From the human T2T-CHM13v2.0 reference genome, Homo sapiens, in NCBI RefSeq assembly GCF_009914755.1, contig NC_060926.1: a stretch of DNA of 64,000 nucleotides. The stretch is one strand, 5' to 3'. The notes beneath the pieces are model-generated. The model was not told the DNA's origin. It saw only the letters and a list, made by a program, of their open reading frames with translations, and searched no databases. Positions 42,319 to 56,755 of the stretch are shown here, piece after piece. Both the position numbers and the translations under genes were made by a program. The stretch's first letter is position 1, and each line of letters begins with the position of its first letter.

Positions 42319-43276
42319 TTTTGCAAGGAGTAATGTTAGCGCATGGTCCAAAATGGACACCAAGACTAGCGAGGTAGTTTAGGTTATCAGAGATGGTCAC
42401 TTGGAATTTACTGATTTAAATAGTGAACTCATGGGCTCTGTTAAAAAGTGTCTTAATGCTGCACAAAGTCATTGACGAGATGCTTATGTAGCTCGAAGGC
42501 AACATAATTCTAAAAGAAGAATACTTTTTGGAGTAAGAAGGTTATTGCTCTTATCTAGAGTAAGGCTTCCATGTGATTGAATATATAGATGTCATATCTG
42601 GTATAAAACAGTGTTGCAGCAAAACAGGAATGGAGATAGAAAGCTAACATTCAAAGGAGTAATATACTGATAAAAGAAGAGTCCATGACAGCCCTTTCAT
42701 TAGTGTTTTCTGCCAATATTGTTATTTGGTTCCTTATGAGGATTATAAATAGTATCAAATTTCTGGCTTTGATACATTCCATTCCTTTGTCTCGTTTGGT
42801 TGCAATCCACAACTTCACATCCTTGGCACTGGATATAGAACAAGCTACTGGAAAGTTCTTCATCCCCAGACATCTGGACTAACTCGCCATTCCTCAGTTC
42901 TGTACCCTGTGCATAATCAATGACTTCAGAAGTGCCAGGCACAGCCGAGATCGCCACATTCCTCCCAACTCTGAGTTCATTCCTCTCATCAAGCATCGGG
43001 AATGGCTGAACAAGGAATCAGGTTCTCTATCATAACTCACAGTAATTACTACTCTGATTTATCTGGGTTCTCAAATATTTCATTTGCACTTGCTTTTGTA
43101 GTTCTTTCTTCAGGGCTATGACACTACTCCACTGCTGAATGCCCCTCACCCCTCCATCCACAGCAATCTACCTGCTGCTAAAGCTACTATATCTTTTACT
43201 ACATCAGTCCACTCTTTCCTATTTTTCCTCTTGGCTCACTAAACTTTCTGTGTTTCACCTACATGAATATATGTGA

Positions 43277-43658
<382 letters not shown>

Positions 43659-44724
43659 TAGGTCCAAGCAGGCAATCTCAGGTATTTACCTACATAGTGG
43701 AAAGACAAGCTGAGGGTAAAATGAAGAAACCAAAAATGATATCAGGGACAAGTGTTTTCACGTGGTACCTAAAATGACTGCTACTCAAGCAACCTTGTAA
43801 AGAGTGGAGGTCACACAGATTGATGGGAATGAGAGTGGAGCGTAGGAACCAAAGAAAACCAATCAGAGGTTGCGTGTTATAAGCTGCCAATGACTGCCTG
43901 GGCTAAAATTCTCTACTAGAGAGTGTTTTACCCCAACACAAGATGTTTATAATGTGCAGCTAGAGTGGATAACTACTCAGTTACCCAGACTGTTGAAAAT
44001 CCTCCTTTAGGGGAATTCAGTGTATGTGTAGAAAGAGACTGACGAGGCCAGCTAGAGACAGCACAGGAAACAGCTCTTGGCAGCTGATTTTCCTTTTTTG
44101 TTCTCCTTATTATTTCACAGATTTTGTTAAAATGGAATTTCAATGACAAATGAAATAGAGCTTTGGATATTTTATCATTACAAATATTTGACAATCTTTT
44201 ATTTTTCTAACTTGTGGAAGCAGGTCCAAAAATCTCTGTTTCAATTCTCATAAACTCTCATGTTTGAACTTGTCAAACAAACCAGCAAAAATATGCCCAT
44301 TAGCTGAGAGGGATATGACCAGAAGCATAGTAAAAATTACAGTGATCCCAAACTGAATATACTCCATGATGATAAACCATGTGAGGATTGCACTTAATTG
44401 AGTAAATCATGGTGCGTGACTATAATGCTTAATTGGGTGCACTTGATTTAGGTTTTTCTTTGTAATAGCTGAAGATAATCTTCTAACTTATGACAGTATT
44501 TGAGAAAATCTGAGCCTACATAACAGAACAAACAATGGGCCAACAATTAGCCTAAGGATAAATGTTAAGGAGGGGATAAAGCTGTTTTGTACCCCTTATT
44601 TATGTTGCAAGTATCTGGAGTCAGTCCTTCATTGATTAATACATGCACCTCATTGTTCTCCCAGACCCTTGCTATTCTTTATCAAAGAATAACCTACAAA
44701 TCCATTTTATTTATTTACATGTAG

Positions 44725-45039
<315 letters not shown>

Positions 45040-45058
45040 CAATGTCAATGTTCTAATC

Positions 45059-45282
45059 TAGGAACTCACAAACTACAGTTGGCAACCCAAATCTGGCCAT
45101 AGTCTGTTTTTGTAAAAAAAAAATTTATTAAGACACAGCTACACTTTTTCATTTGTGTAGTGTTTGTTGCTACTTTCATACTACAATGGCAGAGTTGAGT
45201 AGTTGTGACAGAGACCATGTGGACAAGAAAGCCTAAAATATGTATTACCTGTTCCTTTGCAGAAAAACTTTGCCAACCACTG
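45059..45282 (+). mobile_element. MER58A (hAT-Charlie MITE)
   Basis: ggcagagttgagtagttgtgacagagacc...aaagcctaaaatat; perfect 8-bp TSD ttctaatc at 45051 and 45283. Confidence 0.92.
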
Positions 45283-45552
45283 TTCTAATCCATTCTGGAT
45301 ATGCAAATGTAACTATTAACACACATCACTCATCAAAGTCGTTGTTCCTCTAAGCACACTGGGATGTCACAGAATGTCAAGAGAAAGGAAATAAGGGTCC
45401 TCCCTGGACAGTCAAAGGTTAATGGGAAAATGAGGAGTTTTTTTTTTTTTTTTCTGATACAAAATATTCAGTTCTGAGATAAGTTTCATCTGTATTTCAA
45501 GTTGCCCATCCAGACACTGGAATATTGATAAAAAAATTACATAGGTTGCAGA

Positions 45553-45650
45553 GTGATATGAATGTATTTAATGACAATGAACTGTATACTTAAAAATGGT
45601 TAAATAGTAAATTTTATGTTCTGTATTTTATCACAATTTACAAAAAATAT
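45553..45650 (+). mobile_element. L1MB-like 3' terminus fragment
   Basis: gaactgtatacttaaaaatggttaaatagtaaattttatgtt. Confidence 0.7.
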
Positions 45651-45849
45651 ATAGAAAACTGGAGCTACACAGTCTTTACCTTCTTTGTAATTATCCCAGG
45701 GACCTGATACCATAGCAACAGACAGTTCTGGGACCAGTAATGAAGTGACTATAGAAATGAACATATTAATTTGATAATCTGTAGTTACAACTAAAGTGTA
45801 TATCTAATTCACCAACAAAAAATTTCCCTGTCTTCCAGGATTTTAACAG

Positions 45850-48250
45850 CTACAAAATGAAACAAATTAGATAAAATAAACAAATACCTTAGTAGACACA
45901 AATAATCAAAACTGACAAAAAGTAGAAAACCTGAATAACATATATCTATTAAAGACATTTGATTTTTATATAAAAAACCTTCTCATGAAACAATGCTTGA
46001 CTAATATGGCTTCTTTGGTGAATTGTATATACATTAAAAAAATACCATAATACCAATAGTATACAAACTCTATTGAAAAATACATGAAGGAATACTTTAC
46101 AATTCATTTAGTAAAGTCAGTATTATCTTAATACCCAAAGGCACAATTAAAAAGAAACTATAGTTTCCTATCTCTCATAAATATAGATATATACAAAAAA
46201 ATTCTTAAGAAAATGCTAACAACTTGAATTTAGTGATATGTTAAAAACATAATACATCATGACTTAGTGGGACTTATACCAGGTATCTAAAACTAGTTTG
46301 ATATTTGAAAGTTATCAACGTAATTCACCATACTAAAAGAATAAATAGAAAGACCACCTAATTATTTTAACAGATGTAGAAAAGAATCTAACAAAATTCA
46401 TTGTGAATTCATAACAAAAACTCTAGAAAAGTAGGAGTAGAAAAGAATGTCACCTGGTAAATATGATCTAAAAAAAACTATAGCTAACAGAATACATAAT
46501 AGTGAAAGACTGAAAAAAATGAAGAAGGAAACAAGGACATCCACCCTCATTATTCTACTCAGGATAATATTTTAAAAATTACACTAAAAATTACAAAGCA
46601 TTGTTGAAAAAAAATTAAGGTTGTAAATAAACATATAAATACACCATGTTCATGAACTGACAGACTTATTATTGTTAAGATTTCAATTCTCCCCAAATTG
46701 ATTCACATATTCAACAAAATCCCAGTCAAAAATCTCAGAAGGTTTGTGTAAACAATGATGAGCTAAAATGTATATAAAAATGAAAATGACCTAAAATAGG
46801 TAAAGCAATTTTGGAAAAGAGAACAAAATTGGAGGACTCACACTAGCTAATTTCAAAACTTACCATAATGCTACAGAAGTCAAGACTACCTGAATATAGG
46901 TATATGTATAGAAATTGAACTGGACACATATAGTCAAGAAAGGCATCCCAAAATTTCAATTGATAAATGATAATCTTCTAATCAACTGTTGCTCTATAAA
47001 CTTAGAGAAAAAGTAAACTCTGATTCTTACCTTATACCATACACAAAATCTACCTCAAAATAGATTATAGTGCTATTTCTAAGAGCTCAAAAAATAAAAA
47101 GTAAAAAAAAAAAATACATAGAAGAAAGTATCCATCAACTTAGTATAGGGAAATACTTGTTAGACCTCACACAAAAGACAAACAAACAAACAGGAATCAT
47201 TTAAAAAATATTGAAAATTCCAAGTTCATAAGAGCTAAAAAAGTTTTTTCCTTAGACAAAACCATTAAGAAGTAGGTAAGACAGAAATTGGGCAAAACAT
47301 TTGCTTTACATCTCTGACAAGGAACCTACAGCTTCTTTGACAATACAAAAGAATAGACAGGAAGTTAGTTCAACTTTACAATGAGAAGATACATAACCCA
47401 GAATTAAGAAATAGACAAAACATATTAACAGACATTCCATCAAAAAAAAGATAAGCAAATGACTATTAAGAACATGAAAAAATGCTCAACTTCCTTAATT
47501 ACAATGGAAATGCAAATTAAATTCATAATGAAAGACCTCTACAAACTTACTTAAATGAATTAATTTTTAAAATTATAAATATCAAGTGTGGCAATGATGT
47601 AGTGCAATTGGTAATCTCATACATTGCACCATCTCATACATAGTGGACATGTAATTTAGTACAAATATTTTCAAAAATAGTTTAGCTATGCCTTATAAAG
47701 TTAAACATACATGTAAAATATGACTCAGCAATCCCATTTCAAAGTGCTTACCTTAGAGAAATAAAAACATAGATCAACACAAATACTTGAACACTTTATT
47801 CATAATAATAAAAAACTGGAAATTACCTAAGTTTATCAGCAGGTGAATGGATAAGACATGGTGGTAAATTCATACACTGCAATACTATTCAGTAATAAAA
47901 AAGGAACAAACTGTTAATACACACAAATGCATGAATAAGAGCCAAAATATTATGCCAGGTGGAAGAAGACAGATACAATTGAACACATATGCTCTGATTC
48001 CACTTATGTGAAGTTCTAGAATATGCAAAATTAAGCTACAGCGACTGAAAAATAGATTACCGGCTGCCTAAGGCTGAAGATAAGGGTCAGATAGACGAAT
48101 AAGAGGCATGTGGGAAATAATCAGGTAATAGAAATGTTCTATATCTTTCCTGGAACAGTGGTTACATGGATGGCTAGTGGTTACACAGATGTATATATCT
48201 GTCAATCTCATTAAACTATTCACATAGAATAGGTCTGTTTTTATAACTTT
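45850..48250 (+). mobile_element. Old L1M (MC/MD/ME-like) ORF2-3'UTR
   Basis: caattctccccaaattgatt, ttggaggactcacactagctaatttcaa, ggaaatgcaaattaaa; its terminal piece may resume at ~51305-51355. Confidence 0.8.
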
Positions 48251-48268
48251 AGACAAGTTGCCCATTAG

Positions 48269-48615
<347 letters not shown>

Positions 48616-48620
48616 GACAT

Positions 48621-48995
48621 GTTTTAATTATGGTAAAATATACACAACAGTTACTATTTTAACAATTTTGAAATAAACAGTTCTGTGGCATCAAGTACAT
48701 TCACATTGCTGTGAGATTATCACAGCGATCCACCTCCAGAACTTCTACATCTTTTCCAACTAACACTCTGTACCTGTTAAATACTGACTCCCCTTTCTCC
48801 CCTTTCCCCATCCCCTGGCAACCACCATTCTCCTTTCTTCCTCCAAGAATTTGATTACTTAACGTACCTCATAGAAGTGGAATCATACAACGTTGTCCTT
48901 TTATGACTGGCTTATTTCACTTAGGATAATTTCTTCAAGGCTCATCCATATTGTAGCATGTGCCAGTTTTCTTTTTTTAAGGCTCAGTAATATTC

Positions 48996-49032
<37 letters not shown>

Positions 49033-51300
49033 CACATTTTGTTTATCCATTCATCTGTGCATGGACATATGGGTGGCTTCTACTTTTTGTGTATTGTAAA
49101 TAATGCTGCTGTGTACATGGGTGTACAAACACCTGTTTGAGTATATCATATTTCATTTTCTTATAAATCCGGAAATGAAATTGCCAAATCATATGGTAAT
49201 TCTATTTTGAATATATTGGGGAATTGCCATACTGTTTTCCGTAGTGGCTATACCACCAGAAATACACAAATGTTCTAATTTCTCCACATCTTTACCAAAT
49301 TCAAATACATTTATATATGTATAGATATTATATACATGTAAATATATTATGCATACTTATATATCTATGTATAGTTCCTATTCTTATGGGCTTGAGGTAG
49401 TATCTACTTGTGATTTTGATTTGCATTTCAGGTGTTTAGCATCTTTTCATTATTGGCTATTTTGTGTATATTTTTTAGAAAAATATACATTCAGATCATT
49501 TGCCCGTATTTTAAGTTGGTTTGTCTGAGCTTTTTGTTGTTGAGTTGTTGAGTTGTAGGAGTCCTTTATATATTCTGGATATCAATTCCTTGTCAGATAT
49601 ATGATTGACAAATATTTTCTCCCATTCCGTGGATTGTCTTTGGGTTGCCTTTTCACTCAGTTTGAGTGTCCTTTGATGCACAGAATATTTCAATTTTATC
49701 CAACTTACCTATTTTTTTTATTTTGTTGCCTGTGCTTTTGATATCACATCCAAGATGTCATTGCCAAATAAAATGTTATAAAGTTTTTACCTTATGTCTT
49801 CTTTTAAGAATTTAATAGTTTTGGGTTTTGTATATGGGCCTTCCTTCCATTGTGAGTTAATTTGTGCATATGGTGTAAGGTAAAAATCCAACTTTTTTAT
49901 GTGTGAATATCTAGATTTTCTGATGCCATTTGTTGCAGAAAAAGACTACACTTTCTTCATCATATTTTTGGCAGTCTTGTTGAAAATCACTTGACTATAT
50001 ATGCAAGGGTATATTTCTGGATCTGTATTCTATTTCACTGGCTTATGTGTCTGCTTTTATATCAGTACCACGGTGTTCTGATTACCATAGCCTTATAGTA
50101 AGTTTGAAAGCAGGAAGTATAAGATATCCAACTTCATTTTTTTTTCCAAGATTGTTTTGGCTATTCAGGGTTCCTTGAAATTCTATATGAATTTTAGGAT
50201 GGATTTTTCTATTTCTGAAAGAAAAGTCATCAAGATTTCTATAGAGATTATATGAATCTGTAGGTCTTCATGTGGTATTCACAATTTACCAATATTAGTC
50301 TTTCAGTCCATGAACATGGAATGTAGTCCTAATTATTTGTGTTTTCTTTAACTGCTTTCAGCAGTGTTTTGTAGTTTTTAATGTACAGGTCTTTTTCCTC
50401 TTTGGTTAGGTTTATTCCTAAGTATTTTACCCTTGTTGATGCTATTATAAATTGAATTGTTTACTTAATTTTTTCTAATTATTTTCTTAGTTTCAAATTG
50501 TTCATTGTCACAATATAGAAACACAAGATTTTGTGTCTTGAATTTGCATCGTGCAAATTTGCTGAATTTGTTTATTTATTGATTTATTTATTATTTCTAA
50601 CAGTTTTTCTGTAATATCTTGGGGTTTTTTAAATATAAAATGTGTTATCTGCAAACAAAAATAATTTTATTTCTTCCTTTCCAATGTAAATACTTTTTAT
50701 TTTTTTTCCTTGCCTAATTGCTCTGGCTAGGACTTCCAGTACTATGTTGAAAAGAAGTGTCAAAAGCAAATCATCCTTATCTTGCTTCTTAGAGGAAAAG
50801 CTTTATAGAATGAGTTAGAAAGCATTTCTTCCTCTTCAAATTTTTGCAACAGTTTGAGAAATATTGGTAGTAATTCTTAAATATTTGGTAGAATTCACCA
50901 GTAAAGTAATTTAATATTGGACTTTTCTCTCTTGAAAGGTTTTGGTTATTAATTCAGTCTTTTTAGTAGTTTTAGGTCTATGTCTATTTAGCTTTTCTAT
51001 TTTTTCATGATTCAGTCTCAGTAGGTTGTATGTTTCTAGGAATTTGTCCATTTCATCTAAATTATTCAATTTGGGTGTACAATTATTCATAGTACACTCT
51101 TAAGATTATTTTTATATTTCTGTAAAATCATCCCCTCTTTCATTCCTGATTGTAATTCAAATCTTCTTTCCTCTTAGACAATCTAGCTAAAGTTTATCAA
51201 ATGTGTTGATCTTTTCAAAGAACCAGCTCTTGGTTTTGTTGATGTTCCCTATTGTTTCTCTATTTTCCATTTTTATTTATTCTCTCTAATCTTTGTTATC
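48621..51300 (-). mobile_element. L1MB-like, 5'-truncated
   Basis: aagtacattcacattgctgtg...gtacctcatagaagtggaatcatac...ctctggctaggacttccagtactatgttg. Confidence 0.88.
48999..49030. repeat. (AC)16
   Basis: Seen directly. Confidence 0.95.
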
Positions 51301-51549
51301 TTGAAAATATGTTTGTATAATATAAAATTATATCTCAATATAATTCATTTTTAAAGTTAAGAAATTACCACGTTGTCATTCAATAACTGTACCTAGCTCA
51401 GGTTTTGTAAAATACTGTGTGTGAGTGCGTGAGCGAATGAATGAAAGAACAAGTGAGTGAGCAACTGGCCTGCCATTAAAAAATAGGACCGTTTCTCCCT
51501 CTCTTCTCAATGGCAAGCCGTTTTCAAGTGGCCTTGCCTCATTGGTTAA

Positions 51550-51790
51550 TATAACTGTTATTGTTTTATATTAAGCAACTATTAAATGGCATGTACTACT
51601 CTAGATGCTTCACAAACTTAACATTCCCTCATCCAATCCTCTTTAACGCTGATGTTATTATCCTCACTTTGCACATAGGCAGAAAAATGAGATCTGATGT
51701 GATATGTAAGCTCAAGTGACTAATGTATGCCAGTATCAAGAATCAAATTCACTCCTGTCTGATTCTAAAGCTATATATTTTTCCATTCTA
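51550..51790 (-). mobile_element. MIR
   Basis: ttattatcctcactttgcac...gtctgattctaaagct. Confidence 0.6.
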
Positions 51791-52899
51791 CCTTTTCTGA
51801 TTTTGGTATTTCAAGGAATAAAATACCTAGTATATGACTTAGTCTCAGGATTTAGAGAGATAGATACAGGTTACTTTTTGTGATGCAGATTTATGACAAG
51901 ATTCCCAGAAATGTAGTATAACACATAAGTGTGACCTTATGAGCAGAAAAATCACCTTAGTTTCACTAGTCCACCCTGTTTGGGAACTAGGAAACTTTCA
52001 GTGTTACTCAACACAGTAAATTAACCACCGATGGCCCACTTCCTCTTTCTTTACCTAGAAAAAATACTTCCTCAAAAAGAGACTTCTACTGTGCGTGATG
52101 ATGGTTGCCATTCAACATGCAATTCCTTTGTTGGGAGGAGTTAGCTCTAAGCTACTCCATTGGTGACTGAATTTTAACACGCCAGTCCACATATGACTGC
52201 CTATATAATCTAAGTCACTCTGGTTTTGCTATCCCAGGATCCACCTTCTACACAGTGCACACTGCATGAATTATAGAAACTAGACTATGGGAAAGTTGAC
52301 AGTTGCTTCATTTCTCCAGAAAAGCCACATGCCTGCAGCTGTCAAGGGTAGCCCGACCAATGTACCAGGTCACTAGTTCAACACTTGTGGAGAGTTGAGG
52401 GCACTGATCCCCATTCTAAAAGATTCTCAACATAGAGAACTAGAAAATATCAGTCTTAAGAGAGTATTATCAATGTTCCCTGAAGGGATTCATTCTATTT
52501 TTGTAAACCCCAACTGGTTTCTTAAATATTTAATCCATCATGCAATCAGAATAGTTGTAATCACCTATCATCAAACTGGAAGAAAATATTATTTTTTACA
52601 CAAAGAGATCATTGTTTCTTAAAAGCAGTAAATGATACATGCCTGATAAGCAAAAATAATACATTTGTTCAGAGGATTAAGCACTTTGAGATGGATTGTT
52701 CAGAGAAAGTTTTGTGGGAAGATTCCAATGTAAAATGGGACTGGGGAAAGCACAACATGAAAGGCAGAGTAGTATTTACAAAGACAAAGGAGGAGCCAAC
52801 CTTTGATGCTGGTCCTCTAATCCTTACACATTCCTCCCTGCTCAGGGCTTAAAGACTTCTAAAAACTGACTCTTGCTTCTCTCTGCAAGTGTGAGACAC

Positions 52900-53075
52900 A
52901 AATTTCTACCACCATTTACTAGCCAAGTGATTCAGGCAACTCATGCAACCCCTCTGCACTTCAGGTGATGAATATATGAAAAGATAATCACATCTGCTAG
53001 CAGCTGGGGATTGAAGGACTGTGCGTACAAAAGAAAAAAGCACAGTGCCTGGAATACAGAAACCAGTCAACAAAA
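52900..53075 (+). mobile_element. MIR
   Basis: accatttactagcc...gcacagtgcctgg. Confidence 0.6.
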
Positions 53076-53105
53076 GCATTTCCTTTCCCTTGACCTGTTC
53101 AGAAC

Positions 53106-53419
53106 TTTTTTTTTCTTTTTTCTTTTTTTTTTTTTTTTGAGATGGAGTCTCTCTTTCTCACCCAGGCTGGAGTGTAGTGGCGTGATCTCAGCTCACTGCA
53201 ACCTCCGCCTCTGGTGTTCAAGTGATTCTCCTGCCTCAGCGTCCTGAGTAGCTGGGATTACAGGCACCCGCCACCAAGCCAGGCTAATTTTGTATTTTTA
53301 GTAGAGATAGGGTTTCACCGTTTTGGCCAGGCTGGTCTCGAACTCCTGACTGCAGGTGATCTGCCTGCCTCAGCCTCCCAAAGTGCTGGGATTACAGGCG
53401 TGAGCCACCGTGCCCGGCC
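53106..53419 (-). mobile_element. AluSx-like
   Basis: Full antisense Alu; TSD gaactttt. Confidence 0.95.
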
Positions 53420-53464
53420 GAACTTTTCTTTGCCTAATACCAATGCATTGTAAACGTATGGGAA

Positions 53465-53620
53465 AAAAGATTAATTGGGTTGCAAGGAGACTTGAGTGCT
53501 AGTCTTGCCTTTACCACATAATGAGCTGGGTGGTCTGGGGTGGATAATTTTGGTTTGCCATTGTTGCTTTCTCTTTGAAATGAAGAGGATAGCCAGGAAC
53601 TCCAAGATTCCTTCCAGCTT
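53465..53620 (+). mobile_element. MIR3-like
   Basis: ggagacttgagtgctagtc...aaatgaagagg...ccaagattccttccagct. Confidence 0.5.
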
Positions 53621-55484
53621 ATTCATTCATGTCTTTGCATTGCTGAGCATCACCCCAGGGATGTTTTATCATCTCAGGCAGTGAGGAATTGGGATCCCTT
53701 GTGTTCCCCTAGCACCCTTTCTATTAACCCGAGAGTGTGCTGGAGGATACTGCTTTTCTGGAGAGCACACACTTCATATTGGGCGACTGTGACACAGGCA
53801 TCTGAGTGGTCTCTGGCAGGACTTTGCAATATCCGCCCTGGGAAATGGCAAGGGCACCCGAGGACCTGTGAGCTGGCAGGGCCGTGTCACCCCAAAAGAC
53901 AAGGACTCTGAGAGGAGGTACTTCACCAACACTCTACAGCTGTGTGAAGAAAAAAAGAAAATGGTTGATGAATTTCCACTTTCCACAGAGTAAAGAAATA
54001 TTTTTATGTTATTTGTTTCCAGCCTGAGCGGGGGGCTTTTCATGCATGACCAAGGAACTCTCCTCCCACAGGTGGGGATACACTGCCACCTGCTGGTCCT
54101 CTGCTTCTTTACACAAAGGAACACCTTCCCAAACCAAAGCAATGGTGACTTTCTCGGACAGCATACTTAGATATATCAGAAAATATTGATAGTTACTAAC
54201 CTATTAATTGTGAATGTCTGATTAAATGTTGAGGGTCTTGTAGAGTTAAATTTCAAGATAATTCCTCTGTGTATACTCAAGCTCACGCAACTAAAAGAGA
54301 TCTTGACTAAAATTGGCAGCCAAGATTCTTAAGGCTTCCTTCAGCAATTCAAAAATTCACTTACGTGTACAAGGAATCTTTCAACATGTGGAAGTATTTT
54401 CAATACATTATATCATGTGGGGTTGTTAAAAAAGCTTTATACTTGGAACTTACTACTTAGTATTTGTATATATGCCACATGAAAATAATAAAACTGCATT
54501 CTTGTTCAACACTTTTGGCATTGGTATTCTCAGTGATTCAGATTTTCCCTCATTAATCCGCATCATTAGTCTGTGTGATTAATCTTTTACTATTGGAATG
54601 GTGCAGAGGTTAAAAGTTAATATGGATATAAATGGAACAAGCTCAGTAATTTTATCAACAAAGTGATTTGAGGCTAAGAGTTCAGGAACATTTTATTTGA
54701 AGTGGCTTTTGTGTTTCACTCTCACAGATGGTGTTCTTTGATTCTGGAACCTCAAATTGTTTTAACACATCCCACCATCCCAATGTTCAGTGTATGTGAT
54801 TGATATGTGTGTCTACCCTGGCAAATAATACTTAAGAGTGAAATGCCAATCTTCCCTTTTCAACCTGAAGTTTGGTCCACAATAAAAATGGCATATAGAT
54901 TATTATGTAAGCAAATCATTTAGTTCCACATTGTCTTAAACGTTTCCATTTTGAAGCTAGATTTTGGCTTTGGCTTTGCATAAAAAAGGGTCCACTGAAA
55001 TGTTATGTTTGGCTCTAGGGGGTGCGGATTATTCCATCCCTACAGCAAGAAGAAAAAAAATCATGACATTTCTAGCCAACAAGGCTTTTAAAAATATTGA
55101 TATCCAGTCTCCGATCACCCTACTTCATAAGCCTAATGGGAGATGAAACGGAACTTACCCGTCTTCAACTTCCCCTCCCCTTTGTGTGCTCTTCCCCTCT
55201 CTTTCAAGTACAGTATTCTCCAAAGTTATTGAACCTTAAAGTCAGACTGATAGATGCTTCTGACATGGTGAGAGGGGACCAGCTCTTTCAACCATGTCAC
55301 ATGACAGGAAATCCCACTTCCTCCAGAGAGAAACCTCCATGTGTCCCAACAAGACAAGAACACTCTCAGTGGATGGTCAGGCTACCCATGGGACTCATTT
55401 GGTACATATTGCACGTACTCATATTAATCTTCTGATGTGCACCAGCTCCTTATTTTCAAGACTAGGCTGCATGCTCTGGTTTGG

Positions 55485-55940
55485 GAGGCAGTGCAGTGGG
55501 ACGAAAGTACTCCCAGCTTTGGAGACATGAACATGGGGTTCCATGCCCCTTCTGTTACTTATTGTCTTTACGGTCCTGGAGAAATAACTTAGCCCCTTTA
55601 AGCCTCCATTTCCTCATTCATAAAATTAGGATCACATTACCCACCTCACACAGTTATTGAATGCACAGCAATAACTTTGGTTATATGCCAAGCACTGTCT
55701 AAACACCTTATATGAATTAGCTTACCTGATGACCACAACAACCTCTTTAGGATCATCTTCCCCATTTCACGGATAAGGAACCGAGACAAAGGACAGATTA
55801 AGTCATTTCCCCCAAGGTCTCAATGCTCAGATATGATAAAGCCTCATATCAAAGCAGGTCTGGCTCCAGAGTTAGAGCTCATCTTGTGACATGGACTCTC
55901 AGCCCAGATAACGCCTGGCAATTAGTATATGAGAAATAAA
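55485..55940. mobile_element. Sense MIR with an antisense MIR (~55665-55885) nested inside
   Basis: gcctccatttcctcattcataaaat (+), then ccccatttcacggataaggaaccgag (-), then gcctggcaattag (+). Confidence 0.7.
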
Positions 55941-56099
55941 TCACAAGCATTTTGTTAGCCAAGCACACAGACCAAGTTTGTGACTTTGCCATCACTCTTG
56001 GACATTGTGTTCTATACACAGAGGGCTTTAGGCATTATGTGTTGCTTGCTCATTTTAATACATTTTCCAATAACACGTGTATGCATATGCCTTTAACCC

Positions 56100-56501
56100 A
56101 AGAGTTTCCTTGGGTTGCTGTCACAAAGTACCACTAATGCTGAATGGTTTAAAACAATTGAAATGTATTGTCTCACAGTTTGGGAGGCTGGGAAGTCTGA
56201 AATCGAGGTGTTGTCAGGGTCATGTTCACTCTGAAGCTTGGTGGTTTGTGGGCAATCTTTGGCATTCCTTGGTTTGTAAATGCTTCACTCCAATCCTCTG
56301 TCATCTGTGTCTGTCTTCACATGGATGTATTCTTATAAGGACACTAGTCATATTGGGTCAGGGGTCCACCCTACTTCATTATGAGCTCATCTTAACTAAT
56401 TACATCTGCAATGACCTTATCTCCAAAAAGGTCATGTTCTGAGGTATTAGGAGTTGTGACTTTAACATATCTTTGTGGGGAGACACAGTTGAACCCATAA
56501 A
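56100..56501 (-). mobile_element. MaLR LTR, MLT1C-like
   Basis: gctgtcacaaagtaccac...cttataaggacactagtcatattgg...ctaattacatctgcaatgacc...acacagttgaacccataa. Confidence 0.88.
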
Positions 56502-56561
56502 AAGAGCCATCTCCCCTAGCCATATCTGGATGATCTTAAGCAACTGAAACCAGAAGATAAT

Positions 56562-56755
56562 GAATCAGATAAACCTGAGTTTAAGCTAAATGTGTGTTTT
56601 AGGGAAAGATAATGCAGTGACTAAGGTTCAGTTTACTTATCTGTTAAATGAGGATATTTACAGCACCTGCCACAGAGAGTTGATATGATCTTTAAATAAA
56701 AAAAAAAAAAAGATACATGAAACACTGAGCACCATGCTTGGCACATGGTAACCCC
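56562..56755 (+). mobile_element. MIR
   Basis: tcagtttacttatctgttaaatgagg...gcttggcacatggtaa. Confidence 0.65.

Noticed and set aside
42700-42996. 98-aa minus-strand ORF in unique DNA
   Set aside because: No recognisable domain, splice context or retrocopy hallmarks; a BLASTP or PhyloCSF hit would overturn this
43855-43895. CCAAT plus TATAA promoter-like pair
   Set aside because: Spacing too short, no CpG enrichment, common motifs
52095-52170. GTGATGA...CTGA spaced like a C/D-box snoRNA
   Set aside because: No terminal stem or recognisable rRNA guide; the same applies to ATGATGA near 44365
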